Shown one piece after another: positions 19,752 through 27,716 of a DNA stretch of 64,000 nt; within the stretch, counting starts at the first letter, position 1; the number at the start of each line of letters is the position of its first letter. The notes beneath the pieces are model-generated. The model had not been told where the DNA came from and searched no databases. It was given only the letters and a program-made list of their open reading frames with translations. The position numbers were made by a program, and so were the translations under genes. Where the stretch lies: the NCBI GenBank assembly GCA_963823665.1, contig CAWGMQ010000006.1, positions 128,001 to 192,000 on the forward strand, written 5' to 3'. Source of the DNA: an uncultured Planctomycetota bacterium (lineage in GTDB: Bacteria; Planctomycetota; Planctomycetia; Isosphaerales; Isosphaeraceae).

Positions 19752-22700
19752 ATGAGCCTCGCCCACACTCCGGATCGAATGCAGCTTCCACAGGACCTGG
19801 AGCATCAGCTCCACGACTTCCGGCGCCTGGTATGGACGGTCAAGATTGTCGAGGCCCTCGCGGGGGCGTGCTTCGGCATTCTGGCTGCGTACCTGGTGCT
19901 GTTCGGGCTCGACCGGCTGTGGGATACGCCAGTGGCGCTGCGCGCTGTGCTCTTTCTCGTGGCGGCCTTGGCGTGTGCGAATGTACCGGTCTTTCTGCAT
20001 CGGTGGGTGTGGCGGAACCGGCGGATGGAGCAGCTAGCGCGGCTGTTATCGCGGCGATATCCGCGGGTGGGCGACCAGTTGCTGGGCATCATCGAGCTGG
20101 CTCACAACGAATTCGAGCAGGCGCGGTCGCCGGAGCTGTGCGCGGCAGCGATCCGGGAAGTGGCGCGTGATGCAGGGAAGGTGAATTTCAAGACGGCGGT
20201 GCCGCATCCCCGACATCGAATCTGGCTGGGGGTTGCGGGCGTGCCGCTCCTGGTGGCGGCGGTTTTGCTGGCGATGTTCCCGGCGGCGGCGGTGAATGCG
20301 TGGCAGCGGTTCCTGGCGCCCTGGGGGGGCACGCCGCGTTACACGTTCACGGCGCTCGAGAAGCTGCCGGACCGCCTGGTGGTGGCGCACGGCGAGCCGT
20401 TCAACGTGGACATGAAGCTCATGGACGGCACAGAGTGGCGGCCCGAACGCGGGGTCGCGCAGCTCGGGGCCCAGCAGCCGGTAGCTGCGAAGCTGGTGGA
20501 GAATCGGTACGACTTCGAGTTGCCGCCGCAGATCGATGCGGGGCAGCTTCACGTGAAGATCGGCGACGCCTCGCAGAGCGTGCGGGTTGTACCAACTTTG
20601 CGACCGGAGCTGACGTCGATCGTCGCTTCCGCGGCGCTACCGGCGTACCTGGGAATCGCGACGCCGCAGACGAAGGACGTGCGGGGTGGTGCGATTTCGC
20701 TCGTGCAGGGGAGCAAGGCGACATTCAAGGCGACGGTGAGCCGGGACTTAAGCGCGGCGAAGGTGGACGGCAAGCCGGTGACCCCGGCCGGAGCGATTGT
20801 TGCGAGCCCGCCGGAGCTGATCGAAAGCTCGCGCAAGATTGAGTTTCGCTGGGAGGACAAGCTGGGGCTGGAGGGCAAGGAGCCATTCTCGCTCGACGTG
20901 ACTGCGCGGGAAGATGAGGCACCCTCGCTCACGACGGAGGACCTGCCGCGGCAGAAGGTGGTGCTTGACACCGAGCAGCTCAGTTTCAAGGTGCGGGCCC
21001 AGGATGATTTCGGAATCAAGCACGTCGGGCTGGACTGGCAGGGCGTGGAGAGTGCGGTCGAGGGAAAGCCGGCCAAGGGCGAGCGAATCATTGCCGCCGG
21101 TGGGAACGAGAAAGACTCGCTCGAGCTTGCCGGGGCTTTTTCGGCCAAGTCGCTGGGCATCGAGCCGCAGCCGGTGAACGTGCGGATCTTCGTGGAGGAC
21201 TACAAGCCCGGGCGGGGGCGGGTGTATTCACCGACCTATACATTCTGGGTCTTGAATGCCGAGCAGCACGCGATCTGGGTGACGGAACAGCTCAGCAAGT
21301 GGCACCGGCAAGCCCTGCTAGTGCGCGACCGCGAGATGCAGTTGTTCGAAACGAACAAGCAGCTTCGGGACTTGAAGGGCGAAGAGCTTGACCAGCCGGA
21401 GAATCGTCGACGGATCGAGAACCAGGCGATGGCCGAGCGGGCGAACAGCCGGCAGCTTTCGGGGCTGGTTCTTTCGGGCGAGGACCTGATCAAGCAGGCG
21501 ATGCGGAACCCGGAGTTCGGCATCGCGCATCTTGAGAAGTGGGCGGAGATGCTGCAGATACTCAAGGACATCGCGGGCAATCGCATGCCGTCGGTGGCGG
21601 ACCTCTTGCGGGAGGCGGCCAAGTCCCCTGCCACGGCCTCGGCGACTTCGAAGAGCAATAACAAGTCGATGGTGGCGGGAAATGTTCGCTCGGGGAGCAA
21701 GGGGGTTCCCTCGGAGCCGAAGGATGAGAAGCCGAAGCCGCCGTCGGGAATTCCGACGATTGCGGACAAGGAATCGTCGCAACAGCCGCCGGATGAGAAG
21801 GGTCAGCAGCCGCCGCCGTCCAAGAGCAAGGCGAAGACCCCGCGGCTGACCTTCCCGGTGACGACGCTCGACGGCAAGCCGAGCGCGAAGAAGCAGGAGG
21901 AACAGCCGCCGGCGGAGGAACAGATTGAAGAGGCGGTGAAGCAGCAGCAGGACTTGCTGGCGGAGTTCGAGAAGATCGCCGACGAGCTGAACCGGGTGCT
22001 GGCGAGCCTGGAAGGAAGCACGCTGCTGAAGCGGTTGAAGGCGGCGTCGCGGCATCAGCTCAAGATCAGTGGGCGGATCGGCGATCTGGTCTCGGCGGTG
22101 TTCGGGGTCGAGGGCTACCGGGTTGGGTCGGCGCCGGCGAAGGTGATGGACGAGCTTGGCAACGAGGAAGGGAAGGCCAGCAAGGATGTCTCGTTCATCA
22201 TGGACGACATGCACGCTTATTTCGAGCGCCGGCGGTTCCAGCGGTTCCAGACGGTGCTTGACGAGATGCGGCTCCTAGACGTGGTGGGGAGCCTGCGGCA
22301 GCTTGGCGACGACCTGAACAAGGAGAACGGTCTGTCGATCGCCCAGTGCGAGTTCTGGTCGGACACGCTCGACCGGTGGGCGGAAGACCTTGTCGATCCT
22401 GCGGGGAGCGGGACGTGCAATGCGAAGTCGAAGAGCAGTCTGCCGCCGGCCCTGGTTCTCGAAGCGCTTCAGATCCTGGAAGGCGAGGTCAACCTGCGCG
22501 AGAACACGCGGGTTGTGGAGCAGGCGCGGCCGGGGCTCGAGACGGCCGCTTACAAACTTCAGGCCGTTCAACTCTCGGGGACGCAGAAGGGGCTGGTCGA
22601 CCGCACGAATGCGCTCGGCGAAGCCATCCGCAAGCTTCCCGACGGGGAGAGCGAGTTCGCGTATGAGATCGGGCTGCTGGGCGAGGTGTCGGGGGTGATG

Positions 22701-23030
22701 CAGGAGGCAGAGACGATCCTGGCACAGCCCGAAACCGGAAGCACGGCGATTGCGGCGGAGACGGAGGCGATCGAGCTGCTCCTCAAGTCGAAGCGGATCA
22801 ATCCCAAGGGTGGCGGTGGCGGCGGCTCGACGCCCGGAGGTGGTGGCGGCGGCAAGACGCTCGATTCGGCGCTGGCGCTTTTCGGCGGCGGCGTGAACGA
22901 TAAGGAAGTGCGAGAAGACCGGGGCGTGTCGCAGGCGACGGGTGAATCGGGTTCGGCGCTGCCGGAAGAGTTCCGCACTGGGCTCGACGAGTATTTCAAC
23001 CGGCTGGAACGCGGCTCGGGAGGGAAATAG
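19752..23030 (+). CDS. Large membrane protein with Ig-like and coiled-coil regions (DUF4175-like)
   Basis: 1092 aa; three N-terminal TMs, AQDDFGI, C-terminal LPEEFRTGLDEYF as seen in MoxR-operon proteins. Confidence 0.8.
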   Translation: MSLAHTPDRMQLPQDLEHQLHDFRRLVWTVKIVEALAGACFGILAAYLVLFGLDRLWDTPVALRAVLFLVAALACANVPVFLHRWVWRNRRMEQLARLLSRRYPRVGDQLLGIIELAHNEFEQARSPELCAAAIREVARDAGKVNFKTAVPHPRHRIWLGVAGVPLLVAAVLLAMFPAAAVNAWQRFLAPWGGTPRYTFTALEKLPDRLVVAHGEPFNVDMKLMDGTEWRPERGVAQLGAQQPVAAKLVENRYDFELPPQIDAGQLHVKIGDASQSVRVVPTLRPELTSIVASAALPAYLGIATPQTKDVRGGAISLVQGSKATFKATVSRDLSAAKVDGKPVTPAGAIVASPPELIESSRKIEFRWEDKLGLEGKEPFSLDVTAREDEAPSLTTEDLPRQKVVLDTEQLSFKVRAQDDFGIKHVGLDWQGVESAVEGKPAKGERIIAAGGNEKDSLELAGAFSAKSLGIEPQPVNVRIFVEDYKPGRGRVYSPTYTFWVLNAEQHAIWVTEQLSKWHRQALLVRDREMQLFETNKQLRDLKGEELDQPENRRRIENQAMAERANSRQLSGLVLSGEDLIKQAMRNPEFGIAHLEKWAEMLQILKDIAGNRMPSVADLLREAAKSPATASATSKSNNKSMVAGNVRSGSKGVPSEPKDEKPKPPSGIPTIADKESSQQPPDEKGQQPPPSKSKAKTPRLTFPVTTLDGKPSAKKQEEQPPAEEQIEEAVKQQQDLLAEFEKIADELNRVLASLEGSTLLKRLKAASRHQLKISGRIGDLVSAVFGVEGYRVGSAPAKVMDELGNEEGKASKDVSFIMDDMHAYFERRRFQRFQTVLDEMRLLDVVGSLRQLGDDLNKENGLSIAQCEFWSDTLDRWAEDLVDPAGSGTCNAKSKSSLPPALVLEALQILEGEVNLRENTRVVEQARPGLETAAYKLQAVQLSGTQKGLVDRTNALGEAIRKLPDGESEFAYEIGLLGEVSGVMQEAETILAQPETGSTAIAAETEAIELLLKSKRINPKGGGGGGSTPGGGGGGKTLDSALALFGGGVNDKEVREDRGVSQATGESGSALPEEFRTGLDEYFNRLERGSGGK

Positions 23031-23089
23031 CGGGGCGGGTGATCTCGGGGTTGGCTCTACTTCGATTCCCCCGTCTTGCGGAAGAACGC

Positions 23090-24273
23090 ATGAGACGAAC
23101 CATCGGGTCCTTGGCGATCAGCGGTCTCGTGGGTGCGTGCTTCACGTCGGCGATCGTGCTCGCACAAGCGGGAGGCGGCGCGCCTGCCCAGGCGCCCGCC
23201 ACGGCGCAGGCGAAGCCGGTCGAAGGGCCATTGCGGATCATCGAGGGGAAACTCGAGTCTCCGTTCGATGAGCCGAAGGTCGCGCAGGATAAGAAAGGCC
23301 GCCGTGCGGCGGACCAGAAGGCGGTAGAAGCCGCCGCGGCCGAGGCGGTGCCGGCAAACGGGCGGATCAGGGCCGTGGTTATCAAGGGGCGCAGCCGGCG
23401 CAGGCGAATCGCGCACCCTTGATCCAGCAGTTCACCAATCAAGCGAGGCCCTTGCTGAGGGCCGAGCTGTTGTTTGCGAGGAACGTGTGCCAGTTGAATC
23501 GTGAAGAGCTGCGGAAGATCAATCGAGAAGCGCAATCGATGCTGGACGAGGTTGTGGCGAAGCTTGTCGATGCGCAGTTCCAGCCTCGGGCGCGGGTGGT
23601 GGTGCAGGGGAAGATGCCGCAAGGCCTCGATTCGCATCAGCTCCTTCATGATGGCGTGATCACGGTCATGAAGAAGAACTTGAGCGCGGACCAATGGTCG
23701 CGCTACGACGCGGAGATGCAGAAGCGCGATGAGAACCGCAAGAGCGCAACGATTCGTTATTTCGTTGATGCGATCGACCGGGAGCTATACCTGACGCCCG
23801 AGCAGTGCGATCGGCTCGAGGCTGCCCTCAAGGACCAGTGGGATTCCGGCTGGACGATGTATCTGGAGAACCACCTCTTCGGCAACAGGTATTATCCGAT
23901 GACGATCGACCCGATCGTTACGCCGCTGCTCTCGGATGCACAGAGGAAGGTGTGGGGGGGAGTGCCGAAGGTGGGGGTGTACTGGGGCTTTTCCGGCATG
24001 CTGGCAGGTTTCGCCAATGATATGGACGGGCTAGAGGTCGAGCTGGGGGAGCCCGCGAGGCGGGGTCAGGGGGCGAACGCGGGGATGGGCGCGATGATGA
24101 AGATGCAGGTGCCGGCGGTCCAAGGGGTGATGGTTGAAACCACAGAGATTATCAGGGGTGCCCCGGCGAAGGTATCCAGCAAGAAAAAGGCGGCGGCCGC
24201 GGCGCCGGCTGCGAAGCAATTGAAGCGGGGAGCGGTGGACGGTCGCGAGAAGGCCGGCGATCCAAAACAGTGA
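23090..24273 (+). CDS. Secreted helical protein, paralog 1; frameshift in the G run near 23386-23389
   Basis: Signal peptide MRRTIGSLAISGLVGACF; one extra G restores IKGAQPAQANRAPLIQQF. Confidence 0.7.
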
Positions 24274-24285
24274 GCTTCCGGCCCT

Positions 24286-25410
24286 ATGGTTCAAGTCATC
24301 AAGCACGAGATGAGATCGGCTTCCGCGGGTTTTCCGTGCCGCGACGTGTGGAGCAAGAAACGCATCATGATTTCGCTCGAAGAAGCGATCCGCCGGCTGT
24401 TCTTCGTGGTCTCGCTGTTCTGCGCGACGGCTGCGGGCTCGGCGGCGTTTGGACAGGATGACGACGTGATCGATGACACGATTGCACCGGTGCCGGCGCG
24501 AGCGGGAGTGAGAGCGGCGGCGCGGGCGGAGGTCCAGTTCGTGGTTCCACCACCGATGGCGGCCCAGTTCAATCCGGAGCAGATCGATCAGTGGGTTTTT
24601 AACAGGCTGGGGGGCGCGGCTGGCGCGAGGAGCCGGCTGGACGCTAACCTGGCGCTGCGGATTGACGATCTCGATCGAATGTGCGCGATGACGGAGCTTC
24701 AGAAGAAGAAGCTGATGGTGGCGGGGCTTGGCGACATCAAGCGGTTTTACGACCGCGTCGACGACTTGAAGCGCAGGTACGCAAGCGGTGGGAACCCGGC
24801 GAATATGAACAACATCTGGCAGGAGATGCAACCGCTGCAGGTGGAGCTCGCGAACGGATTGTTCGGAGATCTATCGCTGTTCATGAAGACGGTGAAGAAC
24901 ACGCTCTCCGAGGAGCAATCGCAGCGTCACGAAGACCTGTCGCGGCGTCGCGGGACGGCGCGGCGGCGAGCGAGCATCGAGCTGTTCGTGGTTCAGCTCG
25001 ACAAGGCGCTTGGGCTTTCCGAGGCACAACGGGGGCGATTGATCGAGCTGCTGGTGGGCGAGACTCCGGCGCAGGCGAAGTATGGTCAGGCGGATTACTG
25101 GTATTTCATGTATCAGATGACGCGGCTACCGGAAGCGAAGATCACGGCGATTCTCGACGAGGCGCAGTGGCGGCTGCTTTCCCGGCAGTTCATGCAGGCC
25201 CGGGGGATGGAGCCGTGGCTCAAGAGTAATGGGATTCTGTCTTCGGTGGGTGGTTCGGCGCCCGAGCCGTCGCCGTCGCGAGTTGTGCCGATCGGCGCCG
25301 TGGAGGGGAAAACAACGATCATCAGGGTCGAGTCCGTAGCGAAACCGCAGAAGGGCGTGCTCTCGGTGGAGAAGGCCGCAACCGGCTCGCGAGTGGTCCC
25401 GCAGAAGTGA
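24286..25410 (+). CDS. Secreted helical protein, paralog 2 (start possibly 24367)
   Basis: Signal-like RRLFFVVSLFCATAAGSAAFG; LALRIDDLDRMCAMTELQKKKL. Confidence 0.75.
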   Translation: MVQVIKHEMRSASAGFPCRDVWSKKRIMISLEEAIRRLFFVVSLFCATAAGSAAFGQDDDVIDDTIAPVPARAGVRAAARAEVQFVVPPPMAAQFNPEQIDQWVFNRLGGAAGARSRLDANLALRIDDLDRMCAMTELQKKKLMVAGLGDIKRFYDRVDDLKRRYASGGNPANMNNIWQEMQPLQVELANGLFGDLSLFMKTVKNTLSEEQSQRHEDLSRRRGTARRRASIELFVVQLDKALGLSEAQRGRLIELLVGETPAQAKYGQADYWYFMYQMTRLPEAKITAILDEAQWRLLSRQFMQARGMEPWLKSNGILSSVGGSAPEPSPSRVVPIGAVEGKTTIIRVESVAKPQKGVLSVEKAATGSRVVPQK

Positions 25411-25573
25411 ACGATCTCAAGAACTGAGTTCTGGCGCCGAATGCGACATCGGTTGGCTGGGGATCGATCGTATGGAGTGGATACTTCTAAACTTGGTCCG
25501 ATCTATCTGCCTGGGGGCGAGGCGGGGATATCTCCCGGATTACGACGTGTCGGCTGCGACATCGCCCGCCCCC

Positions 25574-25607
25574 ACCCCCCCTGGCCCCCCCTTCTAAAGG
25601 GGGGGAA
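25574..25607 (+). repeat. REP-like palindrome
   Basis: ACCCCCCCTGGCCCCCCCTTCTAAAGGGGGGGAA; reverse-complement copies at 55740-55865. Confidence 0.75.
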
Positions 25608-25667
25608 AGGGACCGCATGCTCGCGCGAGCAATCGATTTTCCGTCGTCCCGTTCCAGGCGTTAACTC

Positions 25668-26600
25668 ATGAAATCAGTCGCACCGCTGCACTTCCGGAAG
25701 CTCGCGATCCCGGCGCTACTGGCAGTCGCTGCTGCGGGTGCGGGTGCTCGCGGGCAGCAGCCTGCCGGCGAGCGGCCGGTCGTGCGGGCGCCGCGGGAGG
25801 GTGTGATCGAGTTCGAGGAGGTCGATCCGATTGCGGTCACGGCGCAGTTTAACGTTCTGGCTTTCGGTCAGGGCGATCAGGAGACGGCGAGGAAGCGGCT
25901 GGAGTCGCGGCTCAGGTTGCGGATCGAGCAAATCGATCGGGTGTGCAAGCTCACGCCGGAGCAGCGGAACAAGCTGAACGCGGCCGGGAGGGGCGACATC
26001 AAGCGAGCGTTCGCTCGCGCCGTTGAGCTCAAGGGCAAGTATGCGGCTGGTCGACCGGGGATAGACCGCGGGCGGCAGCTTCTCGAGGATATCGGCGAGT
26101 ATCGCCGGGCGATGACCGAGCTTGATTGTTTTGGAGACGGGTCGCTGTTCTCCAAAGTTTTGCCAAAGACTCTCACGCCGGAGCAGACGGCGATCCGCGA
26201 GAAGTCGATGCGTGAAGCCGCGAACGCCGAGCATGTTTCGACGATCCGCTGGGCAGGGAGCAGCCTGGCTCTCTGGCTGCAACTGAAGCCGGAGCAGCGC
26301 CAGAAGTTCGAGAGCCTGCTCACCGCCCGGACGCGGCCGCCGCGGAGATTCGGCGAGTACGACTATTACGGTTTGATGTTTCAGGTGTCCAAGCTGGCGG
26401 AGGAGGATCTGAAGCCGATCTTCACCGCGGATCAATGGCAGAAAATGAAGCTTCAGTTTGCCGAGGCGCAGCGGCTTGAGAAGGTGCTCGAGGTCGGGGG
26501 CTTCCTGCCGGACGAGGGCGTGGCTCGCGCGGGGAGCAAGCCGCACAAAGAGCCGACTGCCGAGCCGGAAGGCCGGCGAAGCCAAGCAAATGATTTCTAG
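25668..26600 (+). CDS. Secreted helical protein, paralog 3
   Basis: Signal peptide; LRLRIEQIDRVCKLTPEQRNKLNAAGRGDIKR aligns with paralog 2. Confidence 0.75.
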   Translation: MKSVAPLHFRKLAIPALLAVAAAGAGARGQQPAGERPVVRAPREGVIEFEEVDPIAVTAQFNVLAFGQGDQETARKRLESRLRLRIEQIDRVCKLTPEQRNKLNAAGRGDIKRAFARAVELKGKYAAGRPGIDRGRQLLEDIGEYRRAMTELDCFGDGSLFSKVLPKTLTPEQTAIREKSMREAANAEHVSTIRWAGSSLALWLQLKPEQRQKFESLLTARTRPPRRFGEYDYYGLMFQVSKLAEEDLKPIFTADQWQKMKLQFAEAQRLEKVLEVGGFLPDEGVARAGSKPHKEPTAEPEGRRSQANDF

Positions 26601-26622
26601 ATGAGGCATCGTGAGAATCGTC

Positions 26623-27705
26623 ATGGCGAACAAATGCGGGACGGGGCGAACGCGCCGGCAGGGTGTTCTTGCGGTGCTCTGCGCGTCTCTCCTGGCGGCG
26701 GGAATGGTTGCTCCGGCGGCCGCGCAGATACCGACGTCGCGGTTCGGCGAGGCCGTGCCGCGCAACGTGCGCGAGATGTATGACCGTGGCTTGCAGTATC
26801 TGGCGAAGACGCAGTCGGAGAACGGTGACTGGCCGGGTGGTGGGGGCGAGAACGGTCCAGGAACGACAGGCATGGCGTTGATGGTGTTTCTGGCGTGCGG
26901 GGAGGACCCGAATTTCGGTCCCTACAGCAACCACATTCGCCTGGCAATCCGGAACATGATCAGGGCCCAGGACTCGAGCACGGGCATCATGGGGCCCTCC
27001 ATGTATCATCATGGCTTCGCGACGCTGGCGCTGGCGGAAGCCTACGGGACGGTGGACGAGCGAGGTCTGTGGCCTGACGGCAAGGGTGTGCGGACGATCG
27101 GGCAGGCGCTCGAGCTGGCGGTGCGCGGGGCGGTGACGTCGCAGAAGAAGAATCCGCTGGGTGCGTGGCGGTATTCGCCGGATGCGCGCGACGCCGACAC
27201 GTCCGTGAGCGGGGCGGTATTCGTGGGGCTCCTGGCGGCGCGGAACGCGGGGATCGAGGTTCCGGACGAATCGATCGACAAGGCGATCGCGTTTTATGCC
27301 CAGATGACATCCGCGTCGGGTGAAGTTGTTTATGCGCCAGGGATGGGGGGCTTCGGCGAGTCGCTGGCGCGGAGCTCGATTGCGACGCTGGTGTTCTCGG
27401 TGGCTCGTCGAAAGGATTTGAAGCAGTTCAAGGCGACGCTCGACTATTTGAGGCAGCGTGCCGATCAGGCCGGGAGCGGCCAGACGGGCTGGACGGAGTA
27501 TGCGCGGTACTACGAGGCGCAGGCGCTGTTTCAGGGCGACGTGACGGCCTGGGAGAAATGGAACCGGATGCTGGTGCGGCAGTTGAAGCAGGCACAGATG
27601 GCCGATGGCAGTATCCGCGGTCAGCAAGGCGCGGCGGTCGGAACGTCGCTTTCGCTGCTGGCGCTGGCGGTTAATTTTCGTTTCCTGCCGATCTACGAGC
27701 GATAG
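26623..27705 (+). CDS. Prenyltransferase/squalene-oxidase repeat protein (alpha-alpha toroid)
   Basis: GLQYLAKTQSENGDW, MYHHGFATLALAEAYG, GAWRYSP..ADTSVSG, QMADGS. Confidence 0.88.
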   Translation: MANKCGTGRTRRQGVLAVLCASLLAAGMVAPAAAQIPTSRFGEAVPRNVREMYDRGLQYLAKTQSENGDWPGGGGENGPGTTGMALMVFLACGEDPNFGPYSNHIRLAIRNMIRAQDSSTGIMGPSMYHHGFATLALAEAYGTVDERGLWPDGKGVRTIGQALELAVRGAVTSQKKNPLGAWRYSPDARDADTSVSGAVFVGLLAARNAGIEVPDESIDKAIAFYAQMTSASGEVVYAPGMGGFGESLARSSIATLVFSVARRKDLKQFKATLDYLRQRADQAGSGQTGWTEYARYYEAQALFQGDVTAWEKWNRMLVRQLKQAQMADGSIRGQQGAAVGTSLSLLALAVNFRFLPIYER

Positions 27706-27716
27706 GGTGTGAATCC

